A stretch of DNA of 64,000 nucleotides from Candidatus Cloacimonadales bacterium (GCA_963662585.1 OY759729.1:1696001-1760000); one strand, 5' to 3'; shown: positions 1-10,747, numbered from the stretch's first letter. Made by a program: numbers and translations. The notes: generated by a model not told the origin, from the sequence alone.

Positions 1-1
1 T

Positions 2-487
2 AATATTGGTCTTATTGCGGTATTTTTCATCTACTTAGGACATAATGCAAAAGAAGTGCTGAAAAGAATTGAAAGTTTTCCAAGTTATCTAAATCTGAGC
101 TTAAGTCTTTTCTTACTCAGCCTAGGCTATGTCTTACAGATTCTTAATAGTGGCGTTTCTTTTAATAGTCATAGTTATGGAAATATTTTCTATTTTCTCT
201 TCTCTGCAACTTTCTCAATCTTAGGCTATTCTATATTAACTAAAGTCCTTCTAAATAATAAACTATTGCAGTTCTTGGGTAAAAATTCTTTTAGGATTTT
301 ATTCCTGCATATTCTTTCTTTTTCTGTAATTTCAGCTATCCTAAAGTACATATTTAAGATAGAATACCTTACCTTTAAAATTAGCCCTATTGGGAGAATT
401 ACCTATTTTATTGGTGCTATCCTTATAGTATCTTCCTACTCAATAATTATAGATTATATCAAGTCGAAAGGATTTAAAAAGGCTTAA
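2..487 (+). CDS. Acyltransferase family 3 (OafA-like) membrane protein, 5'-truncated by the window edge
   Basis: Frame is open from position 2 (NIGLIAVFFIYLGH...); hydrophobic multi-TM sequence with the LGKNSFRILFLH motif typical of Acyl_transf_3 C-terminal regions. Confidence 0.65.
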   Translation, partial: NIGLIAVFFIYLGHNAKEVLKRIESFPSYLNLSLSLFLLSLGYVLQILNSGVSFNSHSYGNIFYFLFSATFSILGYSILTKVLLNNKLLQFLGKNSFRILFLHILSFSVISAILKYIFKIEYLTFKISPIGRITYFIGAILIVSSYSIIIDYIKSKGFKKA

Positions 488-490
488 AAA

Positions 491-526
491 AATTCAGATT
501 GCTGTAGTTAAACAACAATCTGAATT
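491..526. terminator. Inverted repeat between convergent genes, probable bidirectional terminator
   Basis: aattcagattg (491-501) / caatctgaatt (516-526), immediately after the stop at 487. Confidence 0.55.
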
Positions 527-568
527 ACTTATATTTTATTACTTGTTTTGGGGATTATTTAATTAATC

Positions 569-2920
569 TTATTTCAACAATGTAGCCTTCTTAGTATCAA
601 TAACTATACCATTTGATGTTAAGCGATAGAGATAGATGCCTGAAGCATTATTTTCAGCATCCCAGGTTACCTTCCCGACTTTAACATCTTTATCACTGAG
701 AGGGATTTCTTTCACTTTTTGGCCTCTTAGGTTAAATATATCAATATGAGCATTCTGAGTAGATTTACTATCTAAGGAGAAGCTTATTGAAGTTTGAGGG
801 TTGAATGGATTAGGATAGTTATTTCCTAAGATTGAAGTTGAAGTTTGAGCTACATCATTCTCATTAGAAGTTACTTGAGGAGAGAATGATTTTACAGATA
901 TTTTACTAATATTCCAACCTGGATCAATCAATCCAGGATCAGAACCATCATCTGTAAGAGATAAAGTTATGTATAGTTGAGTAGATTGAAAATCAGCAGG
1001 GATTTTTATCCAATCTTTATGTAAATAATCAAATTGACCAGATTCAGTCCAAATAGGAGTCTCTAACCAATTTTCACCATCATTACTTATATAAACAGTT
1101 GCAAAGTCATGATCCCAGTCTGTATGTAACCAGTGCTCTAACTCAATATAGTTAGTAGAAGCTGGATCAATAATGATAGGTTCAATATTAGTTAAATGAT
1201 AGTCACAATTTGGTTCATAGAAGTTATTGTCAAAACCTAAATCAAAATTGAAATTCCAATATTTAGAATCTGAAACAAATGACTGTTCTATGTTTTCTGT
1301 ATCTGTATAAGTTGTAATGGCCCAATTATCAGTACCTGTCCAATTACTTAAATTAGCAAAATCATCACTAAAGAGTTCTTGGAAATTAGTAAGATCTATG
1401 TTGATTACATTAGGTCCTGTAGGAATAGTGAAGACTTCTGAGTAATAACGATCTTCACTTTCAAATATCAAATTAACTTGGCCAGCAATAAGAGAAATAA
1501 CTTCTGAATTTCCAGGAGTTAATCCTTCCACTACTTGTTTGTGGTCAGCTATATCTAAGTATTCAAAACTAACCTTTCCTTGCCCCCAATAACCATCAAC
1601 ATTAAGTGTTAAGTTAGAATTAGCAGCAGGGAGTGGAACCAACTGAATATTCTTTGTTGTCCTAGTATTATACACTGTAACATTAACTGATTGAGTATAA
1701 TAGCCTTCCTTCTTAGCAATGATTGTGTATTGTCCATTTACTAGTGGACGGAAATATATTCCACTTTCTGCAAAGGTTAATCTTGGTCTAAAGTATTCTG
1801 GGTTTCTGCCATCAATTTGAATCTCAGCTTCCAGAGCTTGGCCTGTAACCGCATCAGTTACCACACCAGTTAACATAGAGTTTGACTCAGTATAAACACT
1901 TGAGGATAAAGCTCTATTTAGCAACCAGGCAGAGCCTAAGTAACCTTGTTCTGCTACGAAGTCCATTCCTTCTTGTTCAGGCTGTAGATTGAGAGTTCCG
2001 CACTCAATTAAAAGCTGAAGAGTACCAAATGCTTGGTAGAGTGATTGCTCTTGGCTACCCTTTCTTCCCAAGCTGGCAGCATATTCATAGGTATTAGTTT
2101 GATCATCTTTAAGTATCTGAGAAGCAACACCTTCTCCTAACTGATCAGTTATATCTAAATCTGGAGAAGGTCTGATTCCATACCAATTCCAAGGATAATA
2201 GACTTTTTCAGACAGATTTCCTGTTCTTGAAGAGTGCCATTGAATAGAATAGACAGGTTTGTACTCTTCAACAAAATCCCAGATAACATTAGTTTCACTC
2301 TCTGAAAGCGGAGCTGTACCACGAAAATAATCATATACTTCTAATCCCGCAGTAGTATAAAGAGTATCACCATGAACCCAATTAAATGGGAAGTTACGGT
2401 TATTATCAACACCATCTACATCATAACCAACTACAGGACTAAAATCAAAAACACCATTTTGGTTGTTATCTCTCTGATTTTTACGGTAAGAAGTATCTAT
2501 TCCATCTCTAACAACCTGATAACCTTCTACATTTAAGGCAGGTATGATATAGATTTGGAGCTGTTGTAACCAGTTGTAATATGGAGGTCTATTTCTATTA
2601 GCAACAATCTCATCTATTGTTTTAAAAGAGATAGGTATTCCTAAAACCTCTTCTGCATGAATTAAAGAACTAAACAAAATTGCAGGTTTTTCAGGATGAT
2701 ATACTTCCACATCGTGAGACAATTTAATCATGTAAATTGGCATATTCTCTTGTTGGGAGTAACCAGCTATCTCAACTTGACAGATATCAGGGTAATCCTC
2801 CTGATACTGGTTTAATTGGTCTATTATTTCCTGATTAGTAGGATAACAATCAGGAAGTGAACCTTGACTAAACAACAGACTCGTAGTAGCTAAAAGCAAT
2901 AAAAACAAAGTTTTTTTCAT
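569..2920 (-). CDS. M14 zinc carboxypeptidase with carboxypeptidase regulatory-like domain and C-terminal T9SS-type/FlgD-Ig sorting domain
   Basis: Signal peptide; HAEE zinc motif, DNNRNF, WHS; C-terminal NYPNPFNP...SGIYLYRL...KKATLLK. Confidence 0.85.
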   Translation of the reverse strand: MKKTLFLLLLATTSLLFSQGSLPDCYPTNQEIIDQLNQYQEDYPDICQVEIAGYSQQENMPIYMIKLSHDVEVYHPEKPAILFSSLIHAEEVLGIPISFKTIDEIVANRNRPPYYNWLQQLQIYIIPALNVEGYQVVRDGIDTSYRKNQRDNNQNGVFDFSPVVGYDVDGVDNNRNFPFNWVHGDTLYTTAGLEVYDYFRGTAPLSESETNVIWDFVEEYKPVYSIQWHSSRTGNLSEKVYYPWNWYGIRPSPDLDITDQLGEGVASQILKDDQTNTYEYAASLGRKGSQEQSLYQAFGTLQLLIECGTLNLQPEQEGMDFVAEQGYLGSAWLLNRALSSSVYTESNSMLTGVVTDAVTGQALEAEIQIDGRNPEYFRPRLTFAESGIYFRPLVNGQYTIIAKKEGYYTQSVNVTVYNTRTTKNIQLVPLPAANSNLTLNVDGYWGQGKVSFEYLDIADHKQVVEGLTPGNSEVISLIAGQVNLIFESEDRYYSEVFTIPTGPNVINIDLTNFQELFSDDFANLSNWTGTDNWAITTYTDTENIEQSFVSDSKYWNFNFDLGFDNNFYEPNCDYHLTNIEPIIIDPASTNYIELEHWLHTDWDHDFATVYISNDGENWLETPIWTESGQFDYLHKDWIKIPADFQSTQLYITLSLTDDGSDPGLIDPGWNISKISVKSFSPQVTSNENDVAQTSTSILGNNYPNPFNPQTSISFSLDSKSTQNAHIDIFNLRGQKVKEIPLSDKDVKVGKVTWDAENNASGIYLYRLTSNGIVIDTKKATLLK

Positions 2921-3059
2921 AAATTCCTCTTTATTTTATGTAAATTAATTTCATATTTATATTTATAATTGCAAGATGTATTCCATATAGTGTTATTTTT
3001 AAATTTATCAAAATCATCTCTTGCTAAGAGCTAAATAAAATTGTATCTACTTAATAATA

Positions 3060-3935
3060 TCACTTCTTCATACTTAAATAATTATAATAAGCAACAAAAA
3101 AGATAATAACTCCCCCTAAAATTGAATACTTGTCAGGGAAAGCATCACCTATTATTAAGCCAATAACTGTAGCAAAAAGAATGGAAGTATAGTTATAAAT
3201 AGATATCTCAGATGCAGGAGCTAGATGGTATGCCTTTGTTAGCGATATTTGCCCTATACCTGCAAAAACACCGATACTTATTAACAAAAGCAAGGTTAAT
3301 AAACTTGGCGTCACAAAGTAGGGTAGCATCAAGGGGAGTGTCCCTATAACAGAAATAGCTGAGAAATAAAAGACTATCATACTTGAGCTAGCTTTTTCTT
3401 TTAAGAATCTTACAATAGTATAGGCTAAACCAGCGAAGATAGCTGAAAGAAAGCCTGCTATTGCCGGAATTATAGTTAAATCAAATTGAGGTTTGATAAT
3501 AAGTAGAGCACCCATAAAGGCAATGATTATCACTAATGTCTTTCTGATATTAAAACCCTCTTTTAAGAAAATTCCAGCAAATAAAATAACAAAGAAAGGT
3601 GATAACTTATTTAACATAGTGGAATCGGCTAATGTCATATTACTTATAGCATAAAAGTATAAAATCACTCCAGAAAGACCTGCCAAAGAGCGCGCTATTA
3701 AATACTTAGTGGCCAGACCCTGTTTAAAAGGATTTTCTTTCTGCTTAATAATAATCACCAACATTAAGATAAATGTTATCAGATTTCTAAAGAAGACCTT
3801 TTCTATTACTGGAACTTCAGAAGCTAGCTTTACAGTTGCTCCCATTAAAGCAAAACTTAAAGCAGAGATCAACATCCAGCCTATAGCGACTTCTCTTTGC
3901 GCGATTTTCTTCTTAGGACTATTTCTATTACTCAT
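3060..3935 (-). CDS. DMT/EamA family transporter
   Basis: About 10 TM helices in two EamA-like halves; FFRNL, LSPFF, KAYHLAPAS motifs. Confidence 0.85.
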   Translation of the reverse strand: MSNRNSPKKKIAQREVAIGWMLISALSFALMGATVKLASEVPVIEKVFFRNLITFILMLVIIIKQKENPFKQGLATKYLIARSLAGLSGVILYFYAISNMTLADSTMLNKLSPFFVILFAGIFLKEGFNIRKTLVIIIAFMGALLIIKPQFDLTIIPAIAGFLSAIFAGLAYTIVRFLKEKASSSMIVFYFSAISVIGTLPLMLPYFVTPSLLTLLLLISIGVFAGIGQISLTKAYHLAPASEISIYNYTSILFATVIGLIIGDAFPDKYSILGGVIIFFVAYYNYLSMKK

Positions 3936-3953
3936 CTATACTTTTCAACCTTA

Positions 3954-5675
3954 TTAATCTAAGACATTCATTCTGGAACATAAACTATGATAATAGCCTT
4001 TTTGTATAAGTAAGTCATGATGTGTTCCTTCTTCAATAATTTCACCCTTCTTCATCACATAAGTGTAATGAGCTTTGGCAACAGTGGATAATCTATGAGC
4101 AATAATTAAGGTCGTTCTGCCCCTACTTAATTCATTAAGCGCCTCTTGGATATACTCTTCTGATTCTGTATCTAAAGAGGAAGTAGCTTCATCAAAAATT
4201 AGAATTGCTGGATCTTTTAAAAATACTCTAGCAATAGAGACTCTTTGCTTCTGTCCACCTGATAATTTCACACCTCTCTCCCCAACCAAAGTTTCAAAGC
4301 CGTCAGGTAAAGATAATATGAAGTCTAAGATATTAGCTCGTCTTGCAGCTTCATAAACCTCTTCATCACTAGCTTCAGGATTGCCATAAAGAATATTATC
4401 CTTGATACTTGTATCGAATAAAAATACACTCTGCTGAACAATTCCAATATTATCTCTTAAAAACTTTTGTTCAAGTTCTTTTACCTTATTGCCATCTATC
4501 AGTATTTCCCCTTTAATAGGCTCATAAAAACGAGGAATAAGTGAAACTAATGAAGATTTACCTGCTCCAGATTCTCCTACTAAGGCAACTGTTTTTCCAG
4601 CCTTAATCTTCATATTTATCTTTGATAGAACTAAATCTTCAACTCCTTGATATTTAAAATCTAAATCTCGCAATTCAATATTACCTTGGACTTTAGAGAC
4701 TTTTATAGGATTAGCAATATCCTTTATGTCTGGTTCTATATCCATTATATCAATAAACCTTTCAAAAGCTGTTGTTCCCTGTTGATACTGTTCCACAAAG
4801 TTAATCAAGCGATTGATAGGATTCAAAATGAAATTAATATAAAGAATAAAAGCTAAGAGATCTGCCACTTCTAACATGTTGTTCAGAATTAGCCAGGTAG
4901 CAGCTCCTAAAACAACTCCGTAATACAAATCAGTAATAAGACCCATTCCTGTATGAAATAGAGACATAAGTGAATACATCTTCTCTTTAGCCTTCTTAAA
5001 ATGGACATTAACATCACCAAACTTAGCAATTTCAATATCCTCATTAGCATAAGACTTTACCTCTCTAATACCTTGCACTGAATTCTCTACAGAACTATTC
5101 ATATCAGCTATTTTCTTTCTAACTAGCCTAAAGCCTGATTTCATTCTTCTACCTAAAGTTAATCCCCAAATCACCATAAAAGGAAGAGGAATCAAAGCAA
5201 ACCAAGCCAAAGTGGCATTAAATTTAAACATTAAGATAAAAGATCCGACAATAGTAAAGATAGAAATTATAAGATCTTCAGGTGCATGATGAGCAACTTC
5301 AGCAATTGTATTCAAATCGTTTGTGATTCTAGACATAATATGCCCAGTTTTTGTATTATCATAATAAGTAAAAGAGAGTTTTTGTAGATGCCTAAAAAGC
5401 ATTGAACGCATATCAGCTTCTATTCTGACTCCTAGAATATGCCCCCATTTTACCCTTATGTAATTTAATATAGCCTTAAAAATCCAAATTACTAGTAACA
5501 CTCCAAAAAAGATAATAATCATCTTCACATCTTTCTCAGGAATAGTATCTCTAATCAACTTTCTTGTTACTGTAGGGAAAACTATACTTAACAAAGATGA
5601 GATAACCGCAGCTATGATATCAATGTAAAACAGTAGCTTATGAGGTTTATAGAATGAGATAAATCTTTTCAGCAC
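3954..5675 (-). CDS. ABC exporter, fused TMD and ATPase (MsbA/MdlB-like)
   Basis: Walker A GESGAGKS, signature LSGGQKQR, Walker B IFDEATSSLD; GGAGG upstream of GTG start. Confidence 0.92.
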   Translation of the reverse strand: MLKRFISFYKPHKLLFYIDIIAAVISSLLSIVFPTVTRKLIRDTIPEKDVKMIIIFFGVLLVIWIFKAILNYIRVKWGHILGVRIEADMRSMLFRHLQKLSFTYYDNTKTGHIMSRITNDLNTIAEVAHHAPEDLIISIFTIVGSFILMFKFNATLAWFALIPLPFMVIWGLTLGRRMKSGFRLVRKKIADMNSSVENSVQGIREVKSYANEDIEIAKFGDVNVHFKKAKEKMYSLMSLFHTGMGLITDLYYGVVLGAATWLILNNMLEVADLLAFILYINFILNPINRLINFVEQYQQGTTAFERFIDIMDIEPDIKDIANPIKVSKVQGNIELRDLDFKYQGVEDLVLSKINMKIKAGKTVALVGESGAGKSSLVSLIPRFYEPIKGEILIDGNKVKELEQKFLRDNIGIVQQSVFLFDTSIKDNILYGNPEASDEEVYEAARRANILDFILSLPDGFETLVGERGVKLSGGQKQRVSIARVFLKDPAILIFDEATSSLDTESEEYIQEALNELSRGRTTLIIAHRLSTVAKAHYTYVMKKGEIIEEGTHHDLLIQKGYYHSLCSRMNVLD

Positions 5676-5791
5676 AAGGCCTCCATTTCTTAATTATTAA
5701 GGTCAAAATTCAGATTATGCATCTTTTGTAAATACTTTTTTTCATTTAGCTATTATTGCAAATCTCAAAAAGAGATAATCTTTCTAAAAAT

Positions 5792-5817
5792 AAAAAAAGC
5801 AGGGAAATCCCTGCTTT
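5792..5817 (-). terminator. Rho-independent terminator of the DUF1292 gene
   Basis: aaagcaggga-aa-tccctgcttt perfect stem with a U-tract on the minus strand. Confidence 0.75.
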
Positions 5818-5842
5818 ACTTTTTATAAATTTTATTACGAAC

Positions 5843-6229
5843 TTATTTTTTTTTTGCGTCATCACAATCGCAATCGCAATCATCGTCTTCGCAATCACAA
5901 CCGCAATGTTCTTCATCATCGTCATCGTCTGCATCTATAAGTTCATCAGTTTCTTCTTCAGCATCAAACATATCTTCAAATGCTTTTCCAACTTCATCAA
6001 AAATATTATCATCATCAATGTTATTTATGTTTAAAGTACCATCTTCATTCTCTGAATATTCATAAATCCAGAAGTCTTCTTCATTTTCAGGAAGTACAGC
6101 AATATACTCTTTATCGTTATGTTCAAGAGTTGCAAGAACTTCGCAATTCAATTCTTTTCCATCTTCCAAGGTTAATGTGAGAGTTAATGGCTCATCAATT
6201 ATTTCTTCAATTTGTTGTTTATCAGTCAT
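5843..6229 (-). CDS. DUF1292 family acidic protein with Cys/Asp-rich tail
   Basis: LTLTLEDGKELNCEVLATLEHNDKEYIAVLP pattern; AAGGAG SD supports ATG at 6229. Confidence 0.75.
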   Translation of the reverse strand: MTDKQQIEEIIDEPLTLTLTLEDGKELNCEVLATLEHNDKEYIAVLPENEEDFWIYEYSENEDGTLNINNIDDDNIFDEVGKAFEDMFDAEEETDELIDADDDDDEEHCGCDCEDDDCDCDCDDAKKK

Positions 6230-6375
6230 GATATCTCCTTTTGAGTTACTCAACTTAGCCACAAAAAAATAAGGGTGAAAAGTAGCAAGCTTTTTTTTCT
6301 TCTAATTAATCTATCTAGCTCTTTATTCTATAATTAAGCTATAATTAGAGTGATTCTTTTGACTGTTATCAAGCT

Positions 6376-7266
6376 TTACTTTAGGATTCCTCTTGCTAGT
6401 TTTCTCTTTGAATTATTAAATTTGATAAGTTCAGCAGTATAAACAATAAGTGCAATCCATATAATCATGAATCCCAGTAGTTTATCCATAGGAAAAGCTT
6501 CTTTAAATACTATTAGTCCAATTATCAACTGAAAAGTTGGCGAGACATATTGAAGCATACCTAAAGTAGTGAGTGTTAGTTTCTTAGCTGCTAGGTTGTA
6601 GAGAACTAAAGGCAGACCTGTTGCTATCCCTGCTCCTAATAGTAATAAATCAGTCTCAAGATTAAACTTACCCATTGAACTATCCCCTCTTAACATCAAC
6701 ATTGAGATAAAGCCAAAAGCTGGAAAAGATAAGATAAATGTCTCTAAAGAGAAAGATTCTATTCCACCTAGCTTAGACTTCTTTTTTAACAGCCCATACA
6801 TAGCAAAGGAAAGAGCTAAAACCAAAGATACCCAGGGTAACTTACCATATTTGTAAGTAAGAAAAGCTACACCTATAAGAGCTATTAAAATGGCTATTTT
6901 TTGCTGATTCCTTAGTTTTTCGTGAAGGAATAAAGTCCCTAGAAGAACATTGGCTAAAGGATTTATGTAATAACCTAAACTTGCTTCTACAACTTGATTA
7001 TTATTAACAGCCCATATATATACTAACCAATTGATAGATATAAAAATAGAGGTAAGTCCATAATAACTGAATTGTTTAAAACTTAACTCTTTCAGCCACT
7101 TCCATTTCTTTAATACAATCATTAAAAATGCGACAAAGAATAGAGAACCAACGATTCTATAAGCTAATATCTCTGGAGCTGGAACTACTTGTAGTCTTCT
7201 CCAATATATAGGGAAAAGTCCCCATAATATAAATGCTAAAACACCTTTAATCAGATTCTTATCCAT
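6376..7266 (-). CDS. rarD: RarD family EamA permease
   Basis: LWGLFPIYW, EASLGYYINPL, LGMLQYVSPT signature motifs. Confidence 0.9.
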   Translation of the reverse strand: MDKNLIKGVLAFILWGLFPIYWRRLQVVPAPEILAYRIVGSLFFVAFLMIVLKKWKWLKELSFKQFSYYGLTSIFISINWLVYIWAVNNNQVVEASLGYYINPLANVLLGTLFLHEKLRNQQKIAILIALIGVAFLTYKYGKLPWVSLVLALSFAMYGLLKKKSKLGGIESFSLETFILSFPAFGFISMLMLRGDSSMGKFNLETDLLLLGAGIATGLPLVLYNLAAKKLTLTTLGMLQYVSPTFQLIIGLIVFKEAFPMDKLLGFMIIWIALIVYTAELIKFNNSKRKLARGILK

Positions 7267-7360
7267 TGATTTTCCTTAGAATTGTTTTCCTTGATTGTTT
7301 AATATTCTAATTTTTCAGATTTACAGAAGACCTAAATATCTTTCTACACAAAATAGACCT

Positions 7361-8512
7361 TTATTTTAACTCTTCTATAGTATATAATATTTTCATTTTT
7401 TGCTTATCTCTTTCAATATCTAGAACAACTTCATCTCCTACAAAGATATCTATAACGGCAAGATTGATATCAGATCTATCAGCAATAACTAAACCATTTA
7501 TAGCTATTAAATTATCACCAATTTCTAATCCTGCCTTCTCACAAGCAGAATCTTTTTTCATTCTTACTACTATTAAATTGGTATCACTCTGTCCATCGAT
7601 AGATCTAGATTGAATTTGAAATCCATAATCTATTGTTCTTATTTTCCCAAATTGAACAAGTTCATACACTACCTTTTTAACTCTATTAATGGGAATTGCA
7701 AATCCGATACCTACTGAACCGCCTGATTCTGATAAGATAAAGGTATTAATTCCGATAACTTCCCCATCAATATTAACTAAAGGTCCCCCACTATTACCTG
7801 GGTTAATAGCAGCATCTGTTTGAATCATTCTTTTATAAATTTTATTATCATTAGTGCTTGGATCACTAAAGTTCCTATTTAAAGCAGAAATAACACCAAA
7901 TGAGAGAGTAGGCTTCGAATCTTTGATTATAAAGCTATAAGGATTCCCCAGAGCTATAGCCCATCTTCCTATTTGTAGATCATCCGAATCAGCTATCTTG
8001 GCACAGTAAAAATCTTCACCTTCTATTTTTAAGACAGCAATATCGTGTTCTTCTGCTATACCTATCAATTTTGCATCTCTATGTTCTCCATCATTCAAAA
8101 CTATGGTTATATCAATTGCTTCTTCTACAACATGAGCATTAGTGATTAAATAGCCATCTTTAGTAATTATTACTCCAGTACCCACAGATTTAACATCCCT
8201 GTACCGAGGATAATTTCCAAAGAACTGATCGAAAATTGTGTAGGGTCTTCTCATTACAGTCTGTCTTTTTAAAACATTCACAGAAACAACAGACTTAGAT
8301 ATCTCCTCTGCCGAGAGAACTATCTTAGTTTCTAGATCTAAAACAGACAAGCTATCCTTAATAATTGATCTCTTGAGTAAATCAAACTCTTCTCTACTCA
8401 CGAAATCATCTTTTCTCACACTATCTTGATTTCTTCTAATAGTTTTTATAATTAGCAATAAATTACTTATTAAAACTATTACTAATAAAGCATTTAGGTA
8501 TCGTTGTTTCAC
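7361..8512 (-). CDS. HtrA/DegP-like trypsin-family serine protease with one PDZ domain
   Basis: TNAHVV, DIAVLK, TDAAINPGNSGGPL catalytic triad motifs; N-terminal TM; C-terminal PDZ-like region. Confidence 0.92.
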   Translation of the reverse strand: MKQRYLNALLVIVLISNLLLIIKTIRRNQDSVRKDDFVSREEFDLLKRSIIKDSLSVLDLETKIVLSAEEISKSVVSVNVLKRQTVMRRPYTIFDQFFGNYPRYRDVKSVGTGVIITKDGYLITNAHVVEEAIDITIVLNDGEHRDAKLIGIAEEHDIAVLKIEGEDFYCAKIADSDDLQIGRWAIALGNPYSFIIKDSKPTLSFGVISALNRNFSDPSTNDNKIYKRMIQTDAAINPGNSGGPLVNIDGEVIGINTFILSESGGSVGIGFAIPINRVKKVVYELVQFGKIRTIDYGFQIQSRSIDGQSDTNLIVVRMKKDSACEKAGLEIGDNLIAINGLVIADRSDINLAVIDIFVGDEVVLDIERDKQKMKILYTIEELK

Positions 8513-8520
8513 GTGAAACC
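8505..8520. promoter_or_regulatory. parS (ParB binding) site
   Basis: TGTTTCACGTGAAACC, 15/16 match to the canonical TGTTTCACGTGAAACA palindrome. Confidence 0.8.
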
Positions 8521-8522
8521 TC

Positions 8523-9260
8523 TCACAGTAAATGGGTTAATATCTTCCTTATTTCATTCACATCACAAGTAGTGTTAAAACAAGGTCCATTAGGTCTATC
8601 ATTTAATATACCAAGTACTGGTATTACATCAATGTCTTTTATTCCTTCTGTCAAATCGCGATGACAAGCTACTGCTAAGATGACTTTTGGTTTTATATCG
8701 CTAATAATTTTCCTAGCTAATGTTCCACCCGTGGCAACCTTAATAGTTACCCCAAACTCTTCCTGTATAGCCTTAAAATCTTGAATTACACACTTTCCAC
8801 AGTCTCGGCAATTACCAATATCATAAGTGATTTTATAAGGGCAGTCAACATTCTGTAAGCAATGAGGAAGTAAAATTAAAATATTTTTCTTATCTATTTT
8901 CTTTAATTGTTTCTTTTGAATTATATTATTATACTTGATTAATAGTGTAGAGTATTTTTGGTAAAATTCACTTTGAGTATTAAAAAGCTTATGCACTATT
9001 GGATAGATTAAATGATAAAAGAGATAATAACTAATATTGGGAAATACTAATTTCTTCTTTGATTTTAAGTTATAAATAGAGATTAAGGCACCAAAAGTGA
9101 GGACCAAAATAAAAGTTAGACTTAAAATTAGAAGTATTCTTATATTAATAAAATTAAAAGAGAGAGTCTTTTTTAAAGGGTAGATTAGAAAAACTGCAAT
9201 AAGTAAGAGAATATTTATTCTAAGAATTAGCCGATAGCTGTGTTTATCCAAGTTTTTCAT
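8523..9260 (-). CDS. DUF116 family membrane protein
   Basis: LLPHCLQ...CRDCGKC...ATGGTLAR...VACHRDL...GPCFNT conserved Cys pattern; start 9260 is one of two candidates (alternative 9278). Confidence 0.85.
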   Translation of the reverse strand: MKNLDKHSYRLILRINILLLIAVFLIYPLKKTLSFNFINIRILLILSLTFILVLTFGALISIYNLKSKKKLVFPNISYYLFYHLIYPIVHKLFNTQSEFYQKYSTLLIKYNNIIQKKQLKKIDKKNILILLPHCLQNVDCPYKITYDIGNCRDCGKCVIQDFKAIQEEFGVTIKVATGGTLARKIISDIKPKVILAVACHRDLTEGIKDIDVIPVLGILNDRPNGPCFNTTCDVNEIRKILTHLL

Positions 9261-10206
9261 AGAGTTTAAGCTTTGCACCTAAGTTGTAAGCATGAGCGCT
9301 CATAATTTTTTTCCCTTCAGCTTTTACTTCTTTGATTAGAATTTCACCGTCGGCACAAGCTACTACAAATCCTTCGTTTTTAATTACTTGAGTAATCATA
9401 CCAGGATCATAATTTCTCGTATCTGAATACTTAACTGCTCTTAGAACTTGTAGTATTTTTCCTTCTCTTAATGTTCTTGCTCCAGGTTCTTCAGAAAGAC
9501 CTCTAATTTTACCAATAATACTATTCAAGGAAGTATTCCAATCTATAACTAAGAAGTCCTTTTCTATTTTTTCGGTAAAGCTAGCCTCTTCAGGAACTTG
9601 TTCCTTAAGGATAAACCCTTCTCCCTCAATTCTTTGCAGTGTTTCAATTAGTAAATTCGCTCCCAATTCTGCTGTATATTCAGAATATTCTGTAAAATTC
9701 ATATTTGGAGGAAGATCAAACTTCATTTGATTAATAATTGGACCAGCATCCATTTTGGCTACAATTTTAAATATAGAGATACCTGAACTTGTCTCATTAT
9801 GAAAAAGACTACTTTGGAGAGGTGAGGCACCTCGGTATTTAGGTAAAAGTGAAGGATGTAAGTTTATACAACCTAGCGGAGCTAAATTTCTTAGCTTTTT
9901 ACCCAAAAAACCGCCGTATGCGACAGTTATTAATATATCTGGTCTTAGAATACTAATTTTTTCTAAAACCTCGTCAGAATTGATATTTAGAGGCTGAATT
10001 ACTGGCAAACCATACAATTCACTGCTAATTTTAACTGGAGTTGCTTGTAGCTTCTGTTTTCTCCCTCTTGCCTTATCAGGTTGAGTAATAACCAGACAAG
10101 GTTTGTATTTACTGTTAACTAATTTTTCTAAACTATTAACAGCAAATTCTGGAGTTCCTAGAAACACAACTTTTCTCAATTCATCAGTTTTGTATATTTT
10201 CGCCAT
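9244..10206 (-). CDS. fmt: Methionyl-tRNA formyltransferase
   Basis: VFLGTPEFA, TQPDK, INLHPSLLPKYRGASP, MDAGP motifs; adjacent to def. Confidence 0.95.
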   Translation of the reverse strand: MAKIYKTDELRKVVFLGTPEFAVNSLEKLVNSKYKPCLVITQPDKARGRKQKLQATPVKISSELYGLPVIQPLNINSDEVLEKISILRPDILITVAYGGFLGKKLRNLAPLGCINLHPSLLPKYRGASPLQSSLFHNETSSGISIFKIVAKMDAGPIINQMKFDLPPNMNFTEYSEYTAELGANLLIETLQRIEGEGFILKEQVPEEASFTEKIEKDFLVIDWNTSLNSIIGKIRGLSEEPGARTLREGKILQVLRAVKYSDTRNYDPGMITQVIKNEGFVVACADGEILIKEVKAEGKKIMSAHAYNLGAKLKLYEKLG

Positions 10207-10747
10207 TTTCTTTTGTTCTTTTTATATATTGATCAATTTTATTCTTGTGCATCAAATATTTCAGTTTACTAAGGTGATCAACAAAAAGAACCCCATTTAA
10301 ATGATCAAATTCATGTTGAAAAACCACAGCTGGAAATTCCTCAAATTCTTCTTCAAAGAAATTACCATTTAAGTCTTGAGCTTTGATCTTAATATGACTA
10401 GGGCGTTTTACCTTTTCATAGACATCAGGCACACTTAAGCAACCTTCTTCATGAGAAATAGATCCTTCAGAGAATATTATTTCAGGATTAACATAGATAC
10501 GAGGTTTCTTAATTGCGCCATCTTGAGCCCAATAAAAGTCCACGACAAATATTCTTTTACTCACTCCAACTTGAGGAGCAGCCAAACCAACCCCATCAGT
10601 TTCATACATAGTGTAAGTTAAATCATCAGCAAAATCTTTTAATTCTTGATCAAAATCAGTAATATTTCTTGCAGTCTGACGCAGAATCTGATCGCCAATA
10701 ATTCTGATTTTTAATAGCTTAAACCTATTATTTTTCACCTTTTTCAT
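10184..10747 (-). CDS. def: Peptide deformylase
   Basis: GVGLAAPQVG, EGCLSVP, QHEFDHLNG motifs. Confidence 0.97.
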   Translation of the reverse strand: MKKVKNNRFKLLKIRIIGDQILRQTARNITDFDQELKDFADDLTYTMYETDGVGLAAPQVGVSKRIFVVDFYWAQDGAIKKPRIYVNPEIIFSEGSISHEEGCLSVPDVYEKVKRPSHIKIKAQDLNGNFFEEEFEEFPAVVFQHEFDHLNGVLFVDHLSKLKYLMHKNKIDQYIKRTKENGENIQN

